Assembly (NCBI GenBank): GCA_021613535.1
Contig: CP075495.1
Span: 1,240,001-1,304,000 of the forward strand
Source: Adineta vaga
Taxonomy: Eukaryota > Animalia > Rotifera
Length of the DNA stretch: 64,000 nucleotides
Reading direction: 5' to 3'
Below the pieces are notes generated by a model, which had not been told where the DNA came from, searched no databases, and saw nothing but the letters and a program-made list of their open reading frames with translations. Below, piece by piece: positions 47,946-60,478 of this stretch. How positions within the stretch are numbered: position 1 is the stretch's first letter; each line of letters opens with the position of its first letter. Made by a program: the position numbers and the translations under genes.

Positions 47946-48905
47946 TTAAACTTGTGCCATACGGATATAACCTTTGCCACTTGGAAGATCGTTTTTAACT
48001 TGAACACCTTGTGGAAAATATTTTTTTACGTCTTCATCTTTCACACTCGGTGGTACCATTACTTTGTCACCAACCTGAGAGAAGAAAAATTGTTTTCAAA
48101 GGAAACCCAACGGCTATATGTTTACCTTCCAGTCAACTGGTGTTGCAATGGGTAATCGAGCAGAAAGTTGTAATGAATCAAGTAAACGAAGGATTTCACT
48201 AGAAAAGAAATGCACTGTTTTTGTACTTTATTTGGAAATAAATTTACTCAAAATTTCTTCCAGTTGTTGCTGGATAAAGTAAACTTGCTTTTACTTTCTT
48301 ATCTTGTCCAATGAAGAAAACCTAATTAAATGAAAGATATATATATATTTATTGAATTAAATCAAAGAGAAACTAACTGCACGTGCTGTTAATGGTAAAC
48401 CTTTGTTATCGAATTCAGATGGATCGATCATTCCAAGTTGTACAGCTAATTTTCTATCACTATCATCAATAATTGGGAATGCAAAGTCACCATGTGGTAT
48501 TATTTTACATTTATCGCCTGAGCATTGAACATTTGGTCCTCCATATGCTTGTAAATCCTAGTTAGTTTCATACATTTGTAGAGAAAGTTTAGTTGAAATA
48601 AATAAATTACTTTGATCCATCCATGATGATTGTCAATAGAATCACATGATAAACCAATTAATTTTGTATTTCGTTTGGCAAATTCAGGAGCTAATTTAGC
48701 AGCACGTGAGAGTTCAGTTGTACATACTGGTGTATAGTCAGCTGGATGTGAAAATAAAATTCCCCAACTGAAAGATGAAAGTTTCGAATAGGATTAGAAA
48801 AGAAATTGAAACGAACCTGTCTCCAAGCCATTCATGTAATTGAATATCACCAACAGTGGTTTTCAATTGAAAATTTGGAAATTCATCACCTAATTTCAAT
48901 GACAT
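47946..48905 (-). CDS. PRDX6: 1-Cys peroxiredoxin (peroxiredoxin-6), 6 exons
   Basis: [48 protein letters not shown] and LPSGKGYIR after splicing. Confidence 0.95.
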
Positions 48906-49496
48906 TTTGTTCGTGGAGAAGAATTTAAAGTTCAAATGTCTAGAAGAGATATCGTCGAATGAAAAAACGTATAAATGGTTATGTCATATAAAGGATGAGA
49001 AAGAAAAACGCTTCGTCATACTTCAGTATGTCGAAAGCAAGGACACCTCTCGTATGCGGACGGCACAATGACATCTATTTATCAGAAAAGAAAAGCGTAT
49101 CGTTGTTCTTAATGGATTGTGAAGAAATAAAAAAAAGTGATAGGAGTGTGAGATAGTGAGTGATTCTTTTTTTTTCGAGTAACCTTTGATCAGACAGTGA
49201 CATATGATTATTATACATTCGTAAGATGTCGAAAACGAAAATGACTTCTTATTTTGAAATTTTGCCTTGCTATTATATAATTGAGTCAGATGATCTAAAC
49301 GTACTTTTGTTTTTTGGCCTTAACATACTTGAAATAATATCAGTAAAAAGATAAGAAAAATGTTATACATGCATTTCATTTTTATGATTCGAAAAGAAAA
49401 ATGATTTATGAGAAGAATACATCAATAAATGATGACCTGGAAGATTTCTTTAAAATACAAAATAAGATTAAATAAAATGAAAATTATTGGATGAAT

Positions 49497-50598
49497 TTAT
49501 CGTCGTTGATTTCCAGTTCCACCTGATCGTCGATGTGAATTCGTATCATTCTAATGAATGATGATCATATTTTCATATAGAAGAAAAAGAAAATCTTACA
49601 TTCATTTCTTGATTGGTGACTTGTAAATTATTAACACGTTTTTCCATAGTTGACATCCATTCAGTATACATTTGTTCCCAAGTTGCAATCTAAAACTAGA
49701 GAATATAGAAATAACAAATGAAATAAATCTTTACTTGTTTCTTTGCTTCTTCTTCTTGACGACATAATTCAGCCATTTTATCTGCATATTCTTTCTTCAT
49801 TTTCTCACAAGCATTCTAAGTGAGTATTGGTTTCTCGTGAAGATGAATTTATTCTTGTATGAATGAACTTACTTGATAATCTTGATTTTCTTTTTGTAAT
49901 TTATCACAGCGATTTTTAACATCGACTAATTGTGATTGTGCCAATGATAAATATCGTTCGACTGACTACATAAAAGAAATTTTCGAAGAAAATAACAATT
50001 GAAATAAATACAAGAGAAACCTCTTTAGCAGTTCGTTGTTCTTGTGTTTTCTTTTCTTGCGTCATCAGTTGATCCATTGTTTCTATATTATCTTCTTTTT
50101 GACGATCTAATAATTCTTGAGAAGTTGGACATTTCGGACAAGAAGCAGAAGTAGTTGTGGGCGGTGGTGCGGATTGTTTTTTTGCTACGTCTTTTAGTTC
50201 AATTTGTTTTTTTAATTGTAAATTCGACTTTTTTTCTGAATCTAGTATGCCTTCTAATTCGTCGCATCGATCACATTTCATTTTTTCAGTACGATTTGTT
50301 CTATGAATAACAAAAATCTTGCATAAAAGTTTATTCATAAGAAATAAAAACGAACCCGGCACCAGTTGCATTCACATATTCTTTTTCAGTTTTAACAACT
50401 GTTGTTGCCGCTTTTGCACGACGTAATTCTTCTACTTTGATTTTAAATTCATTAGATTGGCGTTCAAGCTGAAAATATACGAAAAGATAATAAATTATAA
50501 AGAATTCTTAAATTCACTTCAGCAATTCGATTTTTTAAACCAGGAATATCTTCTTTTGTTTTTCCTGTTTGTTGCATTGAACTTGTTGATGAACTCAT
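49497..50598 (-). CDS. Coiled-coil protein with CxxC motifs, multi-exon
   Basis: Heptad-rich exons (LKNRIAELERQSNEFKIKVEELRR), CDRC and CPKC motifs, canonical short introns. Confidence 0.6.
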
Positions 50599-50865
50599 GA
50601 TTTGATCGTAACTATTTTTCAGAAAACAAAAGTAAAGATTTTTTTTTATTTACTTTAAATTCTTTTTCAATCAATAGAAACCAACAAAATCAATTCGATA
50701 GAGGTCGAGCATATCTATTCTTTTTGAATCAGCATCGTAGAATCAAAAAATTCTTTGAAAACCAATGAAATTTGATTGTACTATTATTTATTTATACACT
50801 ATAAGACTCTCTTGATAATCAACGATGCAGAGTACAAGCACATCTCATGTGTCCGAATGCGACCT

Positions 50866-50982
50866 TGAATTCCGTCGGTAAAATGTCAATTGCTGCAAAC
50901 ATTACGAGCGTTCTTTTTAGGAGTATTCGATTATATGGTCTTCGGCACCTATTGGATCCGATTGAGGATTGATTGACCTAGG
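50866..50982. mobile_element. Partial, diverged copy of the 40487 MITE family
   Basis: gagcgttctttttag is the reverse complement of ctaaaaagaacgctc (40646-40660). cacctattggatcc resembles the reverse complement of ggatccaacaggt. Ends in TIR-like ggattgattgacctagg. Confidence 0.6.
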
Positions 50983-51102
50983 ATTTGAATTCATGCGAGT
51001 GTCTTGATAAAAACAGAAGGAGAAATAGAGTTTTTGTAGATTTTCAATCTTAAATTATGATTATGTCCATATTATAAACGAGTTTTCAAAGATATTTTCA
51101 TG

Positions 51103-51174
51103 TCCGCGGTAGTATAGTGGTGAGTATCCCCGCCTGTCACGCGGGAAACCGGGGTTCGATTCCCCGCCGCGGAG
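51103..51174 (+). tRNA. tRNA-Asp(GTC)
   Basis: Cloverleaf with acceptor stem TCCGCGG/CCGCGGA, anticodon loop CTGTCAC, T-loop GTTCGATTC and a downstream T-rich terminator. Confidence 0.97.
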
Positions 51175-51541
51175 TATTTCTTTTTTCTTCTTCTAATCTC
51201 ATCATTACCTTCGAAATTCTTTTCTTTCTTTTGTTTATTTGCTAAGAAAAGTCAAAATATATATATATATAGATTTTTATAATCGCACACAATCTTGTAT
51301 ATCAATCATATATTGATTTGGTACCACAGACAGTGGAATTATTCCACATATTTATGACGATTTTCAATCATATGCAGTTTCTTTAGTTCATCATATAAAA
51401 ATGTATTCAATTGAACGACGTCCTTTTTGATTGGAGAAATTGTCAAGAGAAGATTATTGCTACACATGTGCATCTATGAATACTTCTGTTGTATAGCATC
51501 ACAGAATTGAAGAACGAGAAGGAACAAAACAAAAAAGAATA

Positions 51542-51613
51542 CTCCGCGGCGGGGAATCGAACCCCGGTTTCCCGCGTGACAGGCGGGGATACTCACCACT
51601 ATACTACCGCGGA
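51542..51613 (-). tRNA. tRNA-Asp(GTC), identical inverted copy
   Basis: Exact reverse complement of 51103-51174. Confidence 0.97.
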
Positions 51614-51879
51614 CATAAATCATACTTACAGATCGGTATATCTATATAAATCTATCAAACTATTTCTTCTAATTAATTCAATAGTATGTTTCCAAAACAT
51701 GATTACGAGATTTCAATTTCATTAAATATTACAATTGATAGAGATCGATATATATATACTTTATTTATTAATAAGAATCAAATAATGAAAAAATAGAAGC
51801 GATGCACTGTCACTAAAAAAAACTATATTCTTAACTATTGTCAAATAATCACTGGAAAAAGTTATGAAAACTTGTCTAA

Positions 51880-54800
51880 TTAAGATTGATTGGAATAGCT
51901 CATTCCATCATCGTCCTCCTCATTATCTTCATTTTCATTCCATGGTACTGTATATTCCATTGCTTCTTGACGAAGATATAAATTATCACTTTGTCTTAAT
52001 TGTCGAAGAAGCTTTTGACATTGTTCTCGATCAACACCTTTTTGATTAAATACTGAATCTTTCAAAAATGTGAACATAACTAATGAACGATGTTTTTCTT
52101 CGATAAACCATCGAGCCAATTGAAGTTTTCCATCAAGATCTAAATGTTGAATAAAATCACAACTATTTTTATCATTGATCACATTTGCTAAATGAGTTAA
52201 AACTTGTTCAAAATATTTTTCCGGTAAATTATCTTGTAAAATTTTGAAAACATCTTCAAGTTCTTCTTTATTTTCTGTTATTTTTACCAATAATGTTCCT
52301 AAAATTGGCGCTAATGTTTTATCAAATTGAAAAACAATTGAAGTTATCGATCGAAGTGAAGCTTTCTTTTGTTTATCAATTTTGTCCATATAAGAATTTA
52401 GAAGTGTTAAAAGACGTTGAATACGATGATAAACAGGTAAATCATGTTGATTATCAATGGCATTTTCTTTCGAATCAATTTCATCTCGACATAACATTAT
52501 TTTCTTTATAATTTCCATAATTCGATTTAATGAACTATTAGTTTGATATTTATAACATGAAAGAACGGCTTGAAAAGCATTTTGCCAAAGATTATTTCCA
52601 TCTTTATCAAATCGAATACATAATAATTCAGCTTTTTCAGTTAATTTTTCTACATCACAATATTCATAATCAATACTAGACCAAGCCCATGATCGTGCTT
52701 CTAATGAAGTTGGATGATCTAAAACTTGAAATTGAATTTGATTGATAAATGCTTTGTAAATATCTTTTGAAGAATTTTTGAATTTCGTCAATGGCCAACG
52801 AGATTCACCTCGACTTGCAGAAAATAAAGTTTGAATCACTGGTAAATATTCATCTTTTGTTGCTTGTTCAAGAATTTGCCAAATTATTGTTTGATCATCT
52901 GTTTTACCAATAAAATGAAGTAATGTTGATATAAGACATGTACGAACATCTTGATGAGGTTGTTTATCCCAAAATGGTTTAATAATAAGATGAACTAAAT
53001 CTGAATTTGATACAAATTCAATTAATAAACGAAGAATTTCTTTATTTGCTGTTATACCTAAATATAAAGATATGAAATGACCAGTAACTTTTTTTTCTTC
53101 ATTCTTACCAAGTTTTTGAAATTGTTCATCTTGAATGAATAGAAGATATTGTTTTAAGAAAATTTCATCGGGAACTTTACGAGATATGAATAACATTGCA
53201 TCACTTATATATTTTGCATTGGCTGCATTGATTTTTGTTTTTAAAATTTCAAATCGTTCAAGAAGTTTTTCAGGTGGTAAATCCATTGTAGCTGGTAAAC
53301 AAATAATTATATGATTAAGTGATTCTGCAGTAGCACCACGACCAGGTCGACTATTATTATTATTATTACTAGGAATTACTAATTGTGAATCTTCTTCTTT
53401 TGTTTGAATCCATTGAAGAGTTTTATTATATGTACGTGGTATACGACGAAGAACACGTAATGCTTTTAATTTATGGACATTACTTATTTCTTTATCCTAT
53501 AAAAAAAACCCATCAATGAAATATAATATTTGTACGAAAAAAAAGTTCATACTTGTAAATATTCATTTAGAATTATATTCGTAATTCGTTCTTGTTGTTT
53601 ATCAGTTAATAGATGAGAACAACTGGCTAATAGATCAATATTAAAACCAGGTATCTTTTTTATAGCCCTGCTATTATCCGTATCCAATGAAAATTGACTT
53701 TCTTCATTTGTTAATTTATCTTCTGTTATAATTTGTTCATCTTCAAGTAATTGATCAATCCATAATCGATGTTGTTGATATCGTAAAATACTTTGTTGAA
53801 CTTCTTTTTCATAGAAAAATAATTTACTAAGTTTTAGTAAATGATTGATACGTTCTGATCGTGTCGAACGATTTTCAAGGAAAACTTTTACAATCGAATT
53901 ATCCATATTAATACAAAGTGCTGATTGAAGTTTTTTCGATGATGGTAATGATTCAGTAAAAAATTTGTTCAAGAATGTATCGATTTGTGGCATAAGCCAG
54001 GCCTTTTCTATTGGATATATTAAACCACGATATAATTCATTTATAGAACGTGCTAAAACAAATCTTGGAAATAAATCGTTAACAAGAATCTCGGCATATA
54101 TTTGACGTGCTTCTGGATATGCTTGAGATAATGGTGGAGATGAATATTGATATGAATCAGGTGTACCTGCATCCGTTGAATAACATCTAAATTTAAAAAA
54201 AAGAGTCAATCCTTTTGGATATATTCTTCAAATAGGTTATTTTTCACTTACTGTGTAAGAATTTGCGTGGCGAATTTTTGAATTTTTTCTTTTTGTTCTT
54301 TATTTAAATAATATTCAGCACGTCGAAGTAAAAAAGTTCCATAATCAATAAGAATATGCAATGTATTATTTGATCTTTGTAAATGATTGAATGCAAGATT
54401 AATAATCGTTTGAATTGATTGAAAATTATTTGGTAAAATTTCTAAATGAAATTGATTATCTAATGTTTGAAGTTGTGTTAAGAAATTTTCAATAACTATA
54501 AGTTGTTCATTTGTAAATCGTTTTTCAATCCATTGAAGAACATTTTTAACTGATTGTTCATTAGTTGATAGAGCACATTTTAAAAACAATGGATAATTAT
54601 TTGTACGTTGAAGAACATCGGAACCAGTTTTTTTAAATAATTTTAAAAATTCATCGAATATTTCTTGTGTCATTGTTTGATAACATAGGAGAGATAATCG
54701 TTGTTTGGCATCAACAATTCCTTTTCGTTCATCTTGTGCTAATAAATGAAGAGAAAGTGGAGTAGTTAATTCTGAATATTTTTCCAAAAGAACAAGTGTA

Positions 54801-56055
54801 TCTCTATTTCCATCTTTTAATAATTTTTTCATGAAAACTTCTTTTCCAATACGTTCATTAATAACGGTTTCAATTAACCATTTACGTTGTTTTTTTAATG
54901 CACTAAGACTTGTTTGTGAGGTTTTATCTCGAAGCATATATTGTAGAAGATTAATCGTATGATTTGTTGACCATTTACATGTATCATAGAGAGCGAAGAA
55001 CAAACGAATGTAGTTTTCGATGGAAAATGAACTAGGAAATCGAAATGAATCAAGATCATGTCCATCATTACTCCATGTTGATTCATATTTGATTGAACCT
55101 AGATGAAAAAGAAATTTGTATGAAAAACAAAAAAGAAAGAAATCAATTAACCTGGTTCATTAGCAGCAATAATTGTAATTAATTCAATAATTTCATTAGG
55201 TACAACTTTAAATAGATATTCTAAATATGATTCTATAATTAATGGAAGAAATCTTCGATATTTCTCCAAATGATTTACATATTCGATTGCCAAACGAACA
55301 ATTTCTTTTGGTTGTTTCTTTATTAATCCTTCGAAGATTTTAGTATTTTCTCGAAAATACTTGATATATTTTTCTTTATTATTTTTCTTGTTATTTATAT
55401 CATTTTTGATTAATTCAATTATAACTGTTGGTTGATAAAATACTAATTTGAAATATAATGGAGAATTTTGATCCATTTGTTCAATACGTGTAATTGACCA
55501 ATGAGATAAAATTTCGATAATTTTATCTTTTGAACAAAATGGTAAAAGATATGCATCGATATTGTATTGATCATGATGATTAGTTTCATTTAGACGACAG
55601 AGTAAATCATAGAAAAATGAAGGAGATTTTTTCAAAGAATCAATTCGATTTAGATTTCGTAGAATTTGATTTTTCATACTAAAAATGAGAAGAAAAACTA
55701 AAAAAGATTAAATGTTAAATAAGATGAAAATCGCTTACAATCGTGGAATTGTTTTATCATTTACTGTTTGAACAAGAAAATCATGAATTACTTGTTGATC
55801 TTTTTGTAATCGAAGCCAATTTTTTCCAGCATGTACTCGTTGTTCAACTGGATATGATTGATTAGTAAATATATCCAATAAATTCTTTTCATTTTTCATT
55901 AATAATGATAAAAATATTAATAATCGAAGATCATCATAAGATGAAATAGATGATTGTTTTAAACGTTGTTCAATTTCGGTTTTATCAGTCAATGATAAAA
56001 TATATTTGATTCGATCAACCCATGATAATCCTTCCATTTCAGTGATTGAAGACAT
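51880..56055 (-). CDS. Large (~1300 aa) alpha-helical HEAT/ARM-like hypothetical protein, 5 exons
   Basis: Five consecutive minus-strand ORFs separated by 50-65 bp GT-AG introns. Leu-rich helical pattern with GITANKEILRLL..WDKQPHQDVR. Confidence 0.75.
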
Positions 56056-57079
56056 TTTTTTAGAAGATTAAATATCTAGAAGGAAAATACATTCGTTTAT
56101 ATATGAAAATATTTCTCGCCAATGGCGAAATTTGTTTTCGAAAGAAAGTTGAAAGATAACCATTAAGGATTTGTCTTATTTATGAAGTAATATGTACTCA
56201 ATTCTTATAAAGAACCAATCATAATAGTATTTCGTTTTGTGGTGAAATTTTCTAATGATAGAATGATTATTCATCGCATGTAAACGAAGATTTACATCGA
56301 TAAGTATTATCTGTTTCTATAATTAACCATTAAATGTATGGGAATTTGAAAATGACAATTTTTTTTTGAATGACAACACGTCGTAGTAGTGAAAAATGCA
56401 CAAAACAGAGAAGGAACAAAATGAAGAAAAAAGAGGGCGCAGTTATATTAGACCGTTAAATTCATATTATGCGAAAACAATGTATTAAGCATATACATTT
56501 ATTCCGCATAATATTATTGAAGAATTGAATGTCTTTCTACAGAATATATATAAGTTAAGAAAATATATTGGGATGATTCCACCGTATGTCTGACACGTTT
56601 ACAGTGAATTTCTTCAAACTGATTTTCTCTTTAGTATAACAGTAAAAGACCATTAATAAAGTCTCATTCAATGATTATAGTACACTTTGAATAACTAACA
56701 ATCTGAAAGTGAATTGAAGACGAATCATTTAAGTTCTTCTCATCTCAGATATTTGCCATCAATTGAATCAATGAAAACAAAGCCTAAATGTTACTTGAAA
56801 TTGAATCTAAGTTGTAGAGAAAAACTAGTATGATTACAATAAAATCCAAAGTAAAATAATTACTTATTGATATTCCGAGATAAGACAACATTGATTTCTC
56901 AATTTCAAGTAGTGTCATCTATAGAAAAACATCTACAAAGATCTTTTCAATCATCCAATGAGAACTATTTGTTTTTCCTCTTTCTATTCTTCAACACTTT
57001 TTATCTTATCAAAAAACACATTTACATTACTGTTGAGCTTCGTCATCGTTCGATTTTCATTATCAAAAACTAATTCAAG

Positions 57080-57873
57080 ATGGGTTTAAGTGAAGCAGAT
57101 GTTACTAAACAGGTTTGTTTCTTCTCATTTGTTCATTTATTAAAATTCATCAGTTTCGATTTCAATAGATTCAACAAATGATTTCATTTATTCAACAAGA
57201 AGCAGCTGAAAAAGTCGAAGAAATCGAAGCAAAAGCTGAAGAAGAATTTAATATTGAAAAGAGTCGTTTAGTTTCTCAACAACGAATTAAAATCATCGAA
57301 TATTATGATAAAAAAGAGAAACAAATTGAACTTCAACGAAAGATTCAACATTCAAATTTGGCTAATGCAAGTCGTCTATCGATTTTGAAAGCTCGTGATG
57401 ATTATGTTCAAACATTGAAAGAAGAAGCAAGAAAACAACTATCAATGTTAACACAAGAACAATCGAAATATACAACTATTTTGGCAAATCTTATTGCCCA
57501 AGGTTTATTTCTATTAATGGAAAAAGATGTAACCATTCGATGTCGACGTAATGATGTTGAGTTGGTTCAACGATTAGTTCCTGATGTAATTAATCGTTAT
57601 AAACAAGAATTGAAACAAAAAGATATTCAAATTAAAATTGATGATAAGAATTTCTTACCTGATGATTCGTACGTAATTTAAATTTCATAATCGAAAATAA
57701 AATTTCGTTTTTTTTTTGTCAGAGCTGGTGGTATTGAAATCTATGCAATGGGAGGAAAAATCAAGGTATCAAATACGATTGAAGCTCGTCTTGGCATGAT
57801 ATTCAATCAAATTCTTCCTGAAATTCGCGAGAAATTATTCGGTGTCAATCAAAATAGAAAATATCATGATTAA
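57080..57873 (+). CDS. ATP6V1E: V-type proton ATPase subunit E, copy 1, 3 exons
   Basis: [67 protein letters not shown]. Confidence 0.95.
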
Positions 57874-58445
57874 TTTATTTATCTTCTTCTTCTTCTTTTT
57901 ATTTTTATTTTATTTTTCCATAAACATTCCGGGATAGACAAAACAAGTGCAATTTTTCAAACCTTTATCAAACTATACGTTCTTTTTCTTTCTTTCATTC
58001 TTCACTTCTCTAACCGATTCCGAATAAATATGTTGTATGTCAATGTGTATGTGAAAGACTTTTAGTTCAAGAATATAAATATATATATACACCTTCGTCC
58101 CTTTTTTTCCAAAAAATATTCTTTTATTTGTACAATTAAACGGCAACCATTCACATTAAAAACAACCCATCTACACATGAAATTTCTGTTTAAGGCATTA
58201 TATTTGCCCCGGAGGTTATTGTTAAATAATTAGATATATGCGAAATGGTTATGATGCTATTAATTTTGATAAAGAATCTATGTGCGATATTTTTTCGCAG
58301 GTAAAACTAACTTGAAAATAGATTTGGTTGCGTGGCATTTTCGTGACTGACCTTTTCTTCAACATTTGTCTTTTCCTAATCTATACAAAAATAAGTAATT
58401 CGTTGACAAATAAAACATTTTCTTAGTAGATAATACGATGTCATT

Positions 58446-59239
58446 TTAATCATAATATTTTCGATTGTTATTCATACCGAATAATTTTTCGCGAATTTCT
58501 GGCAACATCTGATAAAAAATCATATCTAATCGATCTTCAATTGTATTTGATACTTTGATCTTTCCATTTACTGTATAGAGTTCAATTCCACCAGCTCTGT
58601 GCAAAATAACAACAAAGATTCTGCTTAAATAGAATTGTTAATTACTTACAAATTATCGGAGAGAAAGTTCTTCTGATCTATTGTAACTTCGATATCATTT
58701 TGTTTTAATACTTGTTTATATTGTCGAATTGCATCAGGAATAAGTCGTTGAACGAGACCATAATCATCATATCGACATCGGATAATAATTATTGGTTCCA
58801 TGAGAATAAAAAGTCCTTGTGTAATAAGTTTCGAAAGAATCATTATGTATTTTGATCGATCTTCAATTGAAAATGCTAATTTTTTCTTTGCTTCTTCTTT
58901 CAATGTCTGAACATAATCATCACGAGCTTTCAAAATCGATAGACGACTTGCATTAGCCAAATTTGAATGTTGAATCTTTTGTTGAAGTTCAATTTGTTTC
59001 TCTTTTTTATCATAATATTCGATGATTTTAACTCGTTGTTGAGAAACTAAACGACTCTTTTCAATATTAAATTCTTCTTCAGTTTTTGCTTCGATTTCTT
59101 CGACTTTTTCAGCTGCTTCTTGTTGAATAAATGAAATCATTTGTTGAATCTATTGAAATTCAAAATTGATGAATTTGAATAAATGAACAAATGAGAAGAA
59201 ACAAACCTGTTTAGTAACATCAACGTCACTTAAACTCAT
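58446..59239 (-). CDS. ATP6V1E: V-type proton ATPase subunit E, copy 2 (inverted, divergent 3' half), 3 exons
   Basis: Same exon structure and motifs as copy 1. Confidence 0.93.
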
Positions 59240-59540
59240 CTTACGTGCTTTCTCTGATATTTGAGTGAGATACGAACATCATTGAAAATTAGCAAATCAA
59301 TGAGAAATGGTCACAGCTTGAAATAGTCAATGATATGTTAATTAAAACTATCATTTTACAATAAAGAAATCTTTCATGGTCTTCGAAATAACTCAGAAAC
59401 TTATTATCAATAGTTAAAATTGAATTCAATTTTTTTCGAAAATAAACTATGTATATATGATTTTATTTGCAATTCAATAACAATGAACAAAATTACAATG
59501 TATATGTAAAATATTCGAATAAAAAGTTCGTTTTAATTAA

Positions 59541-60455
59541 TTATTGTAATAAATTCTTTACTAATATTGGATTGTCTTTGAGTTGATGTAATAAATGAAA
59601 ACAAGATTGAATCCAAGTATCATTCGGATCATCTAGATCTTCAATAATACTTATCGTCAATTTCAATCGAACAAATAAATCAAGTGAATCAATTTCTTCG
59701 CTTGTTAATGTTACTAATTGTTGATATCCACGAAGAAATACTTTTGCGCGATGTTTTCCATTTTGTTTATCGATTAATAAATGAAAAAGTGATGTTGCTA
59801 GATCAGCAATAAAGATCGATTGACAAGCATCTACAAAATCGATGATAAAAATCTTTTGATCATCAGTTAAAAGTGAATTATTCGTATGAAAATCATTATG
59901 AATCAAACCCCGTTCAAATTTATCATGTAAAGAGATTAATGCTTGTTTACATTCCATAAAATTCCATAAAAGAAATGAATTAATATTATTCATTTCTTGT
60001 TTTTCCCACCATTCATTGGTAAATTCTTCATATTCTTGTTGAATATCAATTTGCAATGAATATTGTCGAGAAGCACATCTCCATTGTGCTAAAAGTTGAC
60101 CCATTCGTTGTAAATAATCATCATCTTTATCAAGAATTTCTCGTGTTGGTTCAATACCTTCAATAAACCTTTGAACAAAAAGAAATCGAGTATCATCTCG
60201 TATTATTACTTCATTTTCTTTTGAAAGAATGATTTGAGCACATGGATATTGATATATATTACATAAAATATTTTGAAAATTTAAAATTGATTGAAGATAT
60301 TTCAAACTATGTGAATATTCAATATATTTTACAACATATTTCATTTGATCCGATGTTACAAGTAAATAAGTTTCATCTGGACAATAACCACCTTGAAGTA
60401 AAGTAAGTTTTTCTACAATTAAATTGTATTGTTCAAATAGAATTCATTCTTTCAT
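59541..60455 (-). CDS. APH / type II homoserine kinase-like phosphotransferase, intronless; in-frame TGA at codon 4, alternative start at 60344
   Basis: RGLIHNDFHTNN, IIDFVD and IADLATSL motifs. The upstream in-frame segment LQGGYCPDETYLL resembles the nucleotide-binding loop. Confidence 0.75.
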
Positions 60456-60478
60456 TATTTATCTAGAAAATCAATCGT

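Noticed and set aside
51489-51725. 78-aa ORF on the + strand
   Set aside because: It is the antisense reading of the tRNA-Asp gene.
56110-56135. Palindrome tcgcca-a-tggcga upstream of the large gene
   Set aside because: Too short and single-copy to distinguish from chance.
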